A stretch of 64,000 bases of DNA. It comes from the human T2T-CHM13v2.0 reference genome, Homo sapiens. Shown here piece after piece: positions 1-12,960 of this stretch. The DNA lies in the NCBI RefSeq assembly GCF_009914755.1, contig NC_060932.1; one strand, written 5' to 3'. Both the position numbers and the translations under genes were made by a program. Every line of letters starts with the position of its first letter. Within the stretch, counting starts at the first letter, position 1. The notes under the pieces were generated by a model. It was not told where the DNA came from and ran no database searches. It was given only the letters and a program-made list of their open reading frames with translations.

Positions 1-59
1 CTAGTTTCTCTGCTTTCATAATCTATTCTCACTTCCTAGGTGAACTTTTGCACTGAGTC

Positions 60-800
60 CCCCGGTCTTTCCCCATGAATGCCAATCTTTCATATTCAAT
101 TGCCTCCTCAGCATTTCCACTTGAATATCTAATATGCATTTCAAACTTAACTCTTGTATCCATGGCTTTTGAAAAATATGCTCCTTCCTTAGGGCACCCC
201 AATTCAGTCAGTGGCACCACTATGTATTTAATTGCTCATATCTGAACCTCAAGAGTCATCCTTGACCTTTTTCTTTCTTTTTACACACCCCACAGCCAAT
301 CCATCAACAAATCCTATTGGCTTATATTTTACAACATTTAAGATCTAGTAACTTTTCATCTCCTGGATGGTCTCCCTGCTCCTGATAGCCTGCTCTATCA
401 ATTTTCCATGTAATAACCAGAGTGATAATTTCAAAAGTATATCATATCACATAAGCTACTACTCAAAATCTTTCAGTAGTTTCCATCATACTCAAAATGC
501 AATTCTAACTCCTTACCATTGTCTGTGCTGCCCTGTGAGCTGCTCTGAGCCTCTGTCTGACCTCATCTTCAACCACATTTCTCATTCACCTTGTGCTATT
601 CTTATGGGCCTTCTTGCTGTTCCTGGAACATGTCAAGATTTTTCCAAATTCAGAGACTCTCTACCCTTACTGCTCCTTCTATCGGGAATGTGATTCCCCT
701 CAGATCTTCAAGTCTAATTCAGGTTTTTCATCCAGTGTTAGCTCTCAGAGAGGCCTTCCCTGATTATGCTGTCTAAATTAGTCTCCCCAGCCTCCTAGCA
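60..800 (+). mobile_element. L2 LINE fragment (ORF2 3' region), degraded
   Basis: 'tccacttgaatatctaatatgcatttcaaacttaac' matches the L2 hallmark TCCACTTGGATGTCTAATAGGCATCTCAAACTTAAC; collinear L2 blocks follow; edges approximate. Confidence 0.8.
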
Positions 801-1546
801 TCCCAGTAGTGTTCTATTTCTTAACCTGAGTGGTGGTTACAGACATTGTGACTTTATAAAAATATGACATATTATAAAATGTATGGTTTTTAATTTATAG
901 TATATTTCATAGTAAAAAAAATTTTAAACAGAGGTGAAGCAACTATTAATGAAATTATTTTTAAAATTTCCCTGGAATTGAAGGTCATGAATTTTGAGAC
1001 TGATGGGTGAAAAAAGACCAAGGTCAAGGCACACTGATCAGGCCACAATGTGGAGACTGGAATGGAGTGGATGTCGGGAGACAAGAGAGGAGATTTTTGA
1101 TGGATGTGGGGAGATGTGATAGGAGTGGTTCAGAAGACAGGTGACAGAAGCTTGGACCAAGTTTTTCAAAATGGAGATGCTTTCTGGGCTTTTCTGATCT
1201 TCAGCAATCTCTTAATTCCTGTCTTGTTGACTCTCACTCTGCTTTTTCCACTGCAATCATTCAAAAGTTTTCTTTCACCCCAGGATTCCCAGGCTTCTTT
1301 CTGGTTTCTAGCATCTCCTTAGGACAAGGCCTTCTACTGGAGTGAAAAAGCCAAGGTCATCTGACATAAACTTGGTTCTATCTCTTCACTTTAAGATTTC
1401 TCTATCTCTACTCCTTCTTTGCTGTTTCTATCCTGTTTCTGATATAAAATTTCTTTGCTTTTATTTGCCAAGAAATATTTTCACTCTTGATTCCATTTAT
1501 TTCCCACCATCCCTTAAACCAAACTTGAATATTATTCTATCCCTGC

Positions 1547-1931
1547 TGATATGGTTTGGATCTGTGTCCCTACCCAAATCTCATGTTGAGTTGTAATCCC
1601 CAATGTTGGAGGTGGGGCCTTGTGGGAGGTGATTGGATCATGAGGGTGGATTGCCCCCGTTGGTGCTATTCTCGTGACAGAATTCTCATGAGATCCAGTT
1701 GATTAAAAGTGTGTGGCACCACCTCCTTCCTCCTGCTCCAGCCATGTAAGATGTGCCTGTTTCCCCTTTGCCTTATGCAGTGATTGTAAGTTTCCTGAGG
1801 CCTCCCCAGAAGCAGAAGCTGCTAGGCTTCCTGTGCAGCCTGTGGAACCATGAGCCAGTTAAACCTCTTTTCTTTATAAATTACCCAGTCTCAGGTATTT
1901 CTTTACAGCAGTGTGAGAATGGACTACTATA
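1547..1931 (+). mobile_element. MaLR solo LTR, MSTA-like
   Basis: Starts tgatatggtttggatctgtgtccc and ends ggactactata; 5-bp TSD cctgc/cctac. Confidence 0.9.
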
Positions 1932-1944
1932 CCTACCTAGCTTT

Positions 1945-2120
1945 TCTTCATAGTATTTATCACAACCTGAAATTATATTAGTTGTTTATTTAACGCCTGC
2001 ATTTCTACCCCTAAAGACAGCAGGTTCTTTGTCTCCTTCCCTGCTTTGTTTCCACCTCCTAGAACAGTGGTTGGAACATAGTAAGTGTTCAATAAATAAT
2101 GGTTTAACGAACAAATGAAT
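1945..2120 (+). mobile_element. L2 3' end
   Basis: ctagaacagtggttggaacatagtaagtgttcaataaata...aatgaat is the L2 3' terminus. Confidence 0.8.
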
Positions 2121-2331
2121 CTTAAGATCTCTGCACCATTAGGTTCAACGTGTTTCCTATCATTTTCTTCTAAAGAAGTAGCACAGGAAAATGGGCAAAA
2201 TTTAATCATTTTTCTCTGTCAAGGGACCTCCTCTTTCTATTTTACACATATGGTATTTTGCTTTTTTCCCTTTAGATATGTTACATTTATAATAAGCAAT
2301 AAAGACAATCCCATTTAAAATAAGTAAAACA

Positions 2332-2640
2332 GGCCGGGGATTGTGGTTCATGCCTGTAGTCCCAGCACTTTGGAGGAGGCCAAGGCAGGAGGATCACTTG
2401 AGCCCAGGAGTTTGAGACCAGCCTGGACAACATAGTGAGACCCATCTCTCAAAAAAAAAAAATGCAGCCAGGTGTGGTGGCTCATGCCTGTAGTTCAAGC
2501 TACTCAGGAGGCTGAGGTGGGAGGGTTGCTTGAGCCTGTGAGGTTGAGGCTGCGGTGAGCCATGATAATGCCGTTGTACTCCAGCCTGGGTGACACAGTG
2601 AGATTATCTCAAAAATATTAACAATAATGACAGTAATAAA
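2332..2640 (+). mobile_element. Alu, AluJ-type
   Basis: Dimeric Alu with J diagnostics (ggaggatcacttgagcccaggag, caacatagtgagac, gaggctgcggtgagccatgat); degraded tail. Confidence 0.95.
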
Positions 2641-2689
2641 TAAATTAGGTAAAAGAGTACCATCCAGTACTCTCTGCCTAATTAGAATG

Positions 2690-2858
2690 CTTATTTTTCT
2701 TTTACAGCACTCGCTGCCTGAAACGATACATTTATTTATTTGTGGTCTGCCTCACTGTCTAGAGTGTCAGCTCCGTGAGGGCAGAGACTGTGTCTTCACA
2801 GTTGCACCCCCTCTGCCTGGAACAGTGATTGGCACACAGAAAATACTCAAATATAAAT
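2690..2858 (+). mobile_element. L2 3' end
   Basis: ctagagtgtcagctccgtgagggcagagactgtgtc...ggcacacagaaaatactcaaat. Confidence 0.8.
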
Positions 2859-2872
2859 TTTACTTTTCTCCC

Positions 2873-2976
2873 CAAACATGCTGCTGAATCAAAGTCTCCT
2901 GATGATACCCAGGAATCTGAGTTTTTAATAAGTTCCATAGATGATTCTTATGAGCTTTAAATTTGAGAACTATCTG
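2873..2976. mobile_element. MER5-like hAT-Charlie DNA transposon fragment
   Basis: ctgaatca...cccaggaatctg...gatgattcttat...tttgagaac resembles the MER5A/B right half. Confidence 0.65.
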
Positions 2977-3919
2977 TCAAAATGGTCATTACTAGGTAAT
3001 AAATATAGGGCTACAAAGTATTGCTAAATCTAGGGATTATCCTTTCATTCTATTCTGTTAGCCCAAGTAGCCCTGCTGAAGAATAGACTGAGAAATTAGG
3101 CAACCTTTAAAGGTGTGAGAATAAAAATGCTTTCTTCTCATGTCCCAATAGTACTGTTAAAAACAGGTAGAAGAAACAGCCTCTCTTCAGCTTTTCTATA
3201 AGTATTTACAACTAGTGTGTTTATTGTTTCTCTCTTCTAATCAGGATTTTAAAAAATAACTGTTGAGTGTTGTAGGTATTGTAAATTACATTGGTCTAAC
3301 CTACTGAAGCTGTGTGAATTTCAAATATATCTCATCTTACATGGTAGATGTGTAAAGTGTATCATACTGGGACAGAAATAAATGTTGTTAAAATTCTGTC
3401 AGGTAAGCTTTTTACCTAGTTTTGCCCACTTTAGGATCCAGGTATCTATATACATAATAGCTAGAGATGTTCTTTATCAACTTTTGGAAGTGTAAATGCT
3501 TTTTTGGTAATTATTCAACCCGTAGTCTATAATGACAACTATTTACAACTTCCCATACATATGTATATACCTCATAGTAAAATGATTCTGCTAGCAGTCT
3601 TCAGGTTCTTCTCACTTTGGAAATTGCATTAGTCTTTATCCCATAATACAACGGGAACAGATTCTTTTCTTACTGCTCTTGAGATGTTGGCTTTTTGAAA
3701 CGGACCCTGATGACCTGGTCTCAGCTTTGGTCTCCATATTTATTTTTCAGTCCAGCCTCTTAAGAACTGAGTGTTTATCAGAGAGCATATATGGGAGGTT
3801 TTACTCCTTTTCAGTGTATTCTGGATATTGTTGGTTATTGTTATATTTCATCACTTCCTGCCTGGTGTGCCAAAATGAAAATGGATAACTCTTGTATTGG
3901 TCAAAAACATGAAAGTGAT

Positions 3920-4403
3920 TGTGATCGTTTTTAAAAAGACATCTGAAAATTCTTTGACATATCTCCCATCAAGAAGTGGACTCTAAATCTCTTCCCTTTG
4001 TGAATGGACTGGCCATAGTGACTCACTTCTAAAACAGAATGTGGCAGAAGTGACACTATGTGAATAACCAGTTTAGGGTAGAAAAGGCCTTTTTTTCTGG
4101 GAATACTGACTTTGAAACCCAGCACTGCTTGGAGGAAGCCCAGACCACATAACAAGGCCTGGTAGACAGCCCCCACTGAGGTCCCAACAAATAACCAGCA
4201 ACAACCACCAGGCATATGAGTGAGAGGTCCTTTGAGATGCCACCACACCAATCCTCCTTTGAATTCAATGGCACTAGAGACTGGAACCATGTAGCTGAAT
4301 CTGGTCAACCCTCTGAATTGTGAAGAGATAATACTGACAATTGCTATAGTTTTATGCCACTAAATTTGGGGTGGTATGTGATGTAGCAACAGATAACCAC
4401 AAT
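3920..4403 (+). mobile_element. MaLR solo LTR, MLT1 (F/G/H-like)
   Basis: ctcccatcaagaagtggactcta...gtgactcacttc...agaatgtggcagaagtgac; 3' end gccactaaatttggggtgg...gtagcaacagataacc. Confidence 0.8.
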
Positions 4404-4739
4404 AGATATGACATTCCCTTGGTTAAACTTACACTTGCTCTGGGCATTTGATCCTTTTACTTTGTTAAGTCTATGTCTTTTTTCTCCATTAAATTTGTGA
4501 TGCAAAATGCTGACTCATGTTGAGTGCCATTTTTAGAGAAAGTGAACTTAAGAGAGATATTTAGGGACCAAAGGAAACAATAGAGTGGAACCATTTTTGT
4601 TTCAACATAAAAAGATGTCACTTGGTAATTGCAGAGAATTAAGATGAATAGAGAACTCAGGGGAAAACTGTGATGGAAGGAGAGTTGATTACTCAGTTGA
4701 GTTCATTGTTCAACATGTGGTCTCTCACTTCTGTCTCAC

Positions 4740-5300
4740 CCAACTTCAATCCAGTGTCTGAATACTTTTTCTAAAGCAGCAATCCTGTCATTCACCAACT
4801 TGCCTTAAATGCTTCTGATGCATTGTCTTTGGTATAAAACCCAATTTCCTTTGCATAACACAACAGAATCTTTATGAGCCCCTGAAGCTGCCCCATCACC
4901 TGTCTTTGCAGCCTCAGGATTCCTCCAACCTCCTCTTACACTCTGTGCTTTGATTGTTTCAATCACGGCTGTAGCTGCCTGTGCATAATTTTGAACTTGC
5001 TCTTCCATCTCCCTGGAATGCCTTTCCCCCTCCTTCTTTTCATGGCCAATTCCTACTCATTCTTCAAGTTCAACCATTAATGTTGGCTTTTTCAATGCTG
5101 GCTGAGTGCTGAGTTATACACACATTCTGTGTATTCTTTTGGCCCCAGGTGGTTACTTTCTGTCTGGAATTATCCTTGTCCATCTCCTTTCCAGGTTGTG
5201 AGCTCCTTGAAGCTAGGGGTTGTGTCTATTGAATCCCCAGAGCCTATCATCCCAGTAAGTGGCTCATAGTAAATACTCATATATGCTCCATAATGCATGA
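4740..5300 (+). mobile_element. L2 fragment including 3' end
   Basis: cctggaatgcctttccc...tcctactcattcttcaag...tgtgagctccttgaag...catagtaaatactca. Confidence 0.7.
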
Positions 5301-5706
5301 GTTATGGCAGACAGTAAGTGGGAGGAAATTGGAGAATGGTAAGCTACTGTTGTTCCTAGTAACTAGGAAGAAAGTATTATTGTGGTCTTTAACACTTACA
5401 ATCTTACTACTTAAAAGTTTAGAATAAAGTGGAACAGATGGGATTTAAGCTGTGAAATAGCTTTGGGGCAGACTCTTAAATGGAAATAGGATGAAGAAAT
5501 CAAACGATTACAAAATAAACTTCATCACGGTAAACTGAAAGAATACATTCTTTATACCTACAATTTTTTGCTTCCATATTATAGTACACAGAGCATATAT
5601 TTTGAAGGTGAATTTTACTATTGGTAACTTATTCTATATGCTCTACAACTGTGTGTATGTGTATGTATGTAAAAAATACAAAAATATTTTTGTGAAATTA
5701 TGTAGC

Positions 5707-6241
<535 letters not shown>

Positions 6242-6669
6242 GATATAGTTTTGTTATACTCAGTAGAATGTTTATGTCAAAAGGCTGTACAAACTATTTG
6301 TCTTTCATAACTTGATGAGAAATGAAAGATGATCAAATGAAACCTATCATGTATGTAGGCAGATGATTGAAAGAACTAGACTGTCTCTTTAGAATACGCC
6401 CCAAACTTGAAACTTTCAAACATAGTGGAAATAAACACCATCCTTCTTCTATGGCACGAAGTTATTCTTTATATATTTCTCTTTTTTCTTTTTTGCCTTT
6501 TTACTGAGATGACCAAAAAGGAAAAAGTGTTATGGTTTTCTGAAGTGAAACTTTTGTCATTATTACAATCAAAGCAATTCTTTTCCTTTTTTTCTTTTTT
6601 CTTTTGAATCTGTGAGTAAATGCTAAATGATTCAACTGTAAGCTTATTATTAAAAAAAACTTATTTACT

Positions 6670-7200
6670 CGCTGAGTTATTTGTTCATTCCATAAATATT
6701 GTTGGAATACTTATGATCTGTAGAAGAGGATATGGTGGTAAATATGGCAAACCCAGATTTGCCTTTATGGAGCTCACAGTCAAATTAGGGAGGCAGAAAA
6801 TAATCGCCCATGTTGTTACATGTTATAAAGAAGTTCAGAGGGAAGAGAAGGAAGTTAACATGAAGCTAATGAACCTTAAGTTTTAGGATACAGTCCCTAT
6901 TCCCCGTGTATGTGTGAGGGCCCTCAGGTAAAGTGGACTTTGTCATGTTTGCAAAACTAAAAGGTAGCCAAGGCACTAGACTAGCAAACGAAAGAGCAAC
7001 TGGCATGAGATGAGGCTGGAAAGTTAGCTAGGGACAAGCTCATGGATGGCCCTTCATATGGTTGAAAGATTCTGGACTTTCTCCTAAGTATAATAGAAGG
7101 GTAATAAAGGGTTTTAAGCTGAGGAATGACATGTTTTAGAAAGATTGTTCTGAACTCTTGTGTGGAGAATAGATTGGAGGGGGAGCAAGAGCACATAAAA
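6670..7200 (-). mobile_element. L2 fragments (antisense)
   Basis: gcctttatggagctcacagtc...; gggttttaagctgaggaatgacatg...aaagattgttctg...tgtggagaatagattggag. Confidence 0.7.
6845..6965. mobile_element. Possible hAT-Tip100 (MER115/Zaphod-like) terminal fragment inside the L2
   Basis: catgaagctaatgaaccttaagttttagg resembles the GTGAAGCTAATGAAGCTTAAGCTTCAGGG subterminal motif. Confidence 0.45.
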
Positions 7201-8305
7201 CATAATGAAAAATGGTCCTGTTGTGAATTGACAGAGGAAGAGGTTATCTAAGGAGAATGCTAGTGAGATTATTATTATTAGGCTACTTACATTGGATATC
7301 ATTTTTAATGACCTGGAAGAAGTGATAAAAATAATTTGATTATTCTTGCAGGCAGTAATAGGAAATTATCCATAAAAGTGGAAAGGACATAATTTTAAAA
7401 GCTCTGGAAAAATCACAAGCAGCCAAGAAATAAAACCATAGTAATCCTGAATATCTGTGTGCACAAACATAAAGCAGCTAAGAATTTCTCAGTTCTCATG
7501 GAAGAATGCATTGTGAACAATAACACGTCTTGTCCAATGTTGCTTTGATTCTGAGAGCTCTATATTGTTTGGTTCAACTAACTGTTTCCAATTAGCTCCT
7601 AGTGCTTTTAAGTTCTACTTCTGCCAAAATGACTACAGACAATTCATTTAAAGAGCTTGCAGAAGGATGTCCATTCATGTTAAATATTGAGCACAGCCTT
7701 ACTCCTGCCATAAAGCATCACAGAATCCTCTAACACCATAATCAGTAGGAAACTCTATAAACAAGATGCCATCAATAGTCTGCACAGAACAGAAAGTAAA
7801 AATAATCATTAATAACCTAATTGGCCTTGAAATTTTTATACAATGTTTGCTGCTTCTTATCACAGATGAAGCATGGAAGAGTGATAAAATGCAACAATTC
7901 AATGTTCAAGTCAGAAAAGTGTGAATATTCAGCTTTCATTAAGTCCACTGGAGACAAAACCATCCAAATGAAAAATCCACGTGAATTGTCACAAAACAAG
8001 CATTAATTTAAGTTATATCCTTGGAGAATATTCTGTTCACTTCCTCTAAATGAAAGATCATTTACCTTCTGTTACATAAGCTTAAGTTGTACTAACGATA
8101 AACTTACTGTTTCTTCTCTTAATTCCACTTTACAAATCAAGCAGAGCAGATGGTCGTTTTAATGCAGATCATTTCAGAGTCACCAACAAATAAGGCAACA
8201 TGTCTAGTTCTGCATACAGAGAAGTTAATGTGCTGATGACTTGTCATCAGATGTGCAACTTGTTTATTAATTTTGATTTTTATGATTATTACATTCATTA
8301 CCAGG

Positions 8306-8634
8306 TATCTTAGTCAGCTGGAGCTGCTATAACAAAATACCATAGACTGGGTGGCTTAAGTAATAGACATTTATTTCTCACAGTTCTGGCTGCAGACTGC
8401 CGCCCTCTTGCTGTTTGCTCAGAGAGAGAGAGAGAGAAAAAAAAAAAGAAAGAGAGAGAGAGATCTGTCTACCTCTTCTCATAAGAGCATTAACCCCATC
8501 ATGTGGGTCCCACCCTCATGACTTAATCTAAACCTAATTACCTCCCAAATGCCTCACCTCCAAATACCATCACATTAGGGGTTAAGGCTTCAAGGTATGA
8601 ATTTGGGGGAGGTGCAAACATTCAATCCATAACA
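8306..8634 (-). mobile_element. MaLR solo LTR, MLT1A-like, internally deleted, with a (GA)n/A tract
   Basis: tcttagtcagctggagctgctataacaaaataccatagactgggtggctta ... aaacattcaatccataaca. Confidence 0.88.
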
Positions 8635-9817
8635 CAGGGAGAGAAGGATAATTGCCATAGTGAACAGTGTCCATCCCACCCTTACCAAAATTAAAAATGT
8701 TATTAGAACTGCTACATTTTCTTTTCCTAAGCAGAGAGATGTAAAACACTGGGAATTAAAAAAGGTAGATTATGTTTGAAGATAAGAAATATAAACAATT
8801 TGTGATGCTGATGGTTTGTTTGTGATATGATGTAATTAGATGCTGATTAGAAATATGTCTAATGCTGTAGAGTCACCTGATTTACAATCTAACTGAGCAG
8901 AGTGAAAGATTTCTCAAATGATGTAATGAATTAGCCTTTTTAAAAAATAGTTTTATTCAGGCTTTTTGATGGAAGGCCATGAAACTACTAACTGGTGTTC
9001 CTGCAGGAGTTGGCTGGCCAGGACCCAGGCTGATGCCTAATAGTGTAACCCAGGAAGTAAGCTAGTGTCATGACTTTGGTACTGTGGAGGTCACTTTTCA
9101 GGTAATACTCAGTCTGAATTTATAATCCTTGAGGAAGGTGTAGGAAGGAATAAGGGAGGGGGAAATGGAGACAGAAGGAGAAAACGGGGCAGGAGGTGGG
9201 AGAAAGAATTCCTAGCTATAGGCAGCAGCAGTAACAGCAGCAGCAATAACAACTTTGGCAAATGAATATTGGGGGAGAATGAAGGCACTGTAAATCCCAT
9301 ATTATGTGCATCTGAGTAGTAGCAGATAAATTGATATATAGATATAGCTATGAAAATAATATGAGAGATAATAAACTGAAATGCATACAGGAGCCAAGCA
9401 ACTAACATAAATGTAAACAGGGACCAAGAGGATTGCATAAAAGCACGAAGTGGGCTGCAAGTAAGATATTGGTGTCTTTATTGCCACTAAGCACAACACC
9501 CATGATGTTATGATACCTTTTAAGGTACAATTTGAACTAAAAGAAAAAATGACCTTATAAAACACACTGAGGTTGATTTATGAACCCTGAGATACTATGC
9601 TTAGGGTTTGAAGTTTGAGCAATTGTATGCAGTGAAATAATTTTCTGCAATGACTATGAAAGCCCTGAAAAAAGAAATTGTTTCTTATAATGGAGATAAA
9701 ATAAAACATTTCAGAATCATATTTTAAAAGTATGTATGGCTAAAACTTTTGTTTCAATAAGTTCCTGAGTGTGGAGGAATTAAAGTTAATATCAAAGGTT
9801 CAATTTATATTATGTAT

Positions 9818-9821
<4 letters not shown>

Positions 9822-9857
<36 letters not shown>

Positions 9858-9861
9858 TGTG
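9822..9861. repeat. (TG)n microsatellite
   Basis: Direct reading; one interruption. Confidence 0.97.
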
Positions 9862-10296
9862 GTATATATTTGCTTAAGTTAGTAACTTTAGTGCACTTTT
9901 CACAATTCATCTCTTAGAATTAGTCATTGTCAACTCAGTACTTTCTTTGTGCAGTGTAATATTTCCAAGTTTAGTTTGTTCACCATTGCCTCTGGTTTGA
10001 ATTGTTATAATTTTGCTCTCCCCAGTTTTTTTGCCTCCAGTTCCCACTACCCCTAACTCATCATTTCCAGTCATTTCCTTAGGGAGCACCTGGGACTAGC
10101 CCAGCTGGGATTTGCATCAAGGCCAGCAGTGGGTATTGAGTATGAGGAGGCAAGACCAGCCTAGACTCTCCTGTTCAAAGTGGCCTACGAGTGGAGGAAG
10201 TCAACAGACATGTTGAAATCAGAGTCCACTGGAGAACATGGAGAGTTAAACACTGGAGGGTTCAAATACCAAAGGCTAAAGGGCCAAAGATAGGTT

Positions 10297-10983
10297 TGTA
10301 AACTACAGATAAAATCCTAAGCCCTCCACCAACTGAACAGACCCCTGCTTGGCCAAGGGGACCCTCAGAGAAACCCGAAACAGAGTTCCTGTCCATGACA
10401 GGAAGGGAGGTCAGATGTGCCTCATTATACTCCCCCCACTTGGAGTTTAGTCACAACTGACCAACATTAATGTTAAAAATAGAGATTGTAAGACTGACAA
10501 AACAGACTCTTTGTGGCAATAAGATACCAAATTATAAGTAAGACCTAAGGCCATGTGAGGCAAAGGTTAAGTCACACTTGCAGGCTGTCAATCTTAACAG
10601 GTTGCTTGAACCCAATATTTTGTGGCTGACACTGACATAACTTAAACATTCCTTTCTGCTGACTCCAAGTTTCAGACAGAGCCTTACTCCAACTGCAAAT
10701 TAAAAAATCTCCAAATCCATCTATATATAATCTGTATATATATATAACCTGTAAACCCCTGCTTTTGGGCCAAACCAATGTACACCTTCTATGTACTGAC
10801 TTACGACTTTGCCTGTAACTACTGCCTCCCTAAGCTGTATAAAACCAAACTGTAATCTGACCGCCTCAGGATCACTTACTCAAGGCTTCTTGAGTTTATG
10901 TTTCCCCTGGGCCACAGTCACTCATATTGGCTCAGGATAAACCTCTTTAAAATATTTTACAGAGTTTTGTTTTTCTGTTAAGG
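10297..10983 (+). mobile_element. ERV1 solo LTR, MER4 group (MER4E/D-like)
   Basis: Starts tgtaaactacagataaaatcctaagccc; cagactctttgtggcaataagataccaaatt; 3' gtcactcatattggctcag...aaacctctttaaaatattttacagag; 4-bp TSD ggtt/ggtt. Confidence 0.88.
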
Positions 10984-12099
10984 GGTTCTTAGCTGGGGGA
11001 TGAACGAAGAATTTTGAGTTGGGTAGAGTTAGGTTAGGCTGAGAGTAGGTGAGGAACCTACAAGAATGGTCCATGGTTTATGTCTGTTGGTCAGTGGGTG
11101 TGTACATGGTGATTGGCATCCCAGACTGGAATCTGGGACTGGGTAGATATTGTTCTCTGTGCTGTTGTTAAAGGGGACTTTAGAAAATATGAATCAAATT
11201 ATGTTACTCCATTTCTAACAATCACGTTTAGAATTCTACTTAGAACCTCACTACTTGCCATAACAATCTCCGATATAAAGTCAGAATATCCTAGTGTGTT
11301 ACAATCAACTAGGTGTGTGTGCAGTCACATTTAGGTGTGTCTCATGCAATTTGTTGCTCATAATGACGTACTAAAGTTTGTGAAGTTTTTTTCCCGATAC
11401 AAATGAGAGCAAATCTATTCTCTAAATCATACTTTGTCAGTCTCTCATTTGAGGTGCTTTCTTGATTGGAAATGATAGGTACAGTGTTACAAGTAATTCT
11501 TGGGGAATTGCATATAATCCGAGGCCTATCATAGGCCAATGTTGAAATCTTTTGCAAGCTACTCCCATTCCAAATGTGTTGATAGTTACTACCAAAGGTG
11601 ATTATGTATTATTACAGTGTTGGACTTTATCAAACTGTGGTGTGCTCATAGGAGTGTGTTATGAAATAAATCATTATCTGTCATTTCTCTTTTTGAGAAA
11701 AACATGTTTTGAGATTTGCTAGCAAAATTTGCAAGCTTGTTAGTTTGTGCTGTCCTGTACAGCTTCATCTTTTCCTGTCCTCTACATGTGTGCCAATCTC
11801 ATACTGCTCAGAGGTTCACCTCTCCATGTTTTTCCCTTGCTGTTCCTTTTGCCTGGAATGGCTAATATTGGGCTGCTGTGTTATATAATTCCAGACAGCA
11901 CCATTCCTATTGTATTCTTAAGTTGTTTTCCTAGGAGATGGAAGAGGGTGGCATTCACAGAGCTAAGAGTTGTCCCTGAAGTTGTAAAGGGGAAGTTTTT
12001 TTATTATGCTCCCTTTCCTCATGGGTATATTTATTGAACTTTATTTTTCCTTTAAAATTTGTTATTGAAGTTCTCTTCCAAAATTATATTAATTACATG

Positions 12100-12960
12100 T
12101 GATGACTTAACTGTTGAAATAAATCAAAGATTACTAAATTTTTAAAAAAATCATAGGAATATATCCTCACCATGTCCCTATTTCCATCCTTAACATCTGA
12201 GGTTATCAAGAAAAACACCCCAGTGAAAAAAATTTTTGTAACTTTCTTCAAATTCTTAAAAATATCTATCTGTCTATCTATCTACAGCTGTATCTATATC
12301 CTTGGCCACTGTTTGTTTTTCTAAAATGACATCCTATAATACAATTCCCTGCAACATTCTAGACTTTCCTGTAGCTCCATATATATGCATGTGACTCACT
12401 CTTTTTAAGGGCTACTTTTAGAGTCCATTGGGGGAATAGTGAGAGTTAAATATGAGGGTGACCTAATAGCAAAGGCCAAAAGGCCAAAAATAGGTTCAAG
12501 GTGAGGGGATGAGCTAGGAATTTGGAGTGGTAGAGCCAGGTCAGGGTGAGACTGGCTGAGGAATGTAGAAGGATGGTCCATGGCTCATTCATCAGTAGGT
12601 GTTTACAGGGTATTTAGAGCATCAAGCTGCCCTAAGGGACCAGACTTTCCATGCAGCTTAAGTTATTGATCTAGCTAATTCTTTTAAAGAGCTGCATTCT
12701 TAGCTTGAATGTACTATGATTCATTCAACTTCTCTCCTATGCAGGTTGTTGTAAGTTTTGCCAACTTTCTCAGTGCTATAACAAACATACTTATATATAT
12801 ACTTGTAGGTTCTGAAGTTTTTGTCTCTATAAAGTACCAGAAGCAGGACTGAGAGGTTAAAGTCCATGTATATATAAAATTTATTTCTGTTGACAGGCTA
12901 CACTCCAGGTAGCTGCAGAAATTCTCATCCCCTAGAGAGTTTCTCAATAATAGGATACAC
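12100..12960 (-). mobile_element. Old L1M/L1ME 3' fragments (antisense), interrupted at about 12420-12640
   Basis: ctcactctttttaagggct / ctaattcttttaaagagctgcatt and gctataacaaacatactt motifs typical of antisense L1M 3' UTR. Confidence 0.5.

Noticed and set aside
9222-9253. CAG/CAA-rich run resembling a polyQ or poly-Leu coding tract (ORF 9109-9438)
   Set aside because: Short interrupted trinucleotide repeat with no coding context or recognisable homology.
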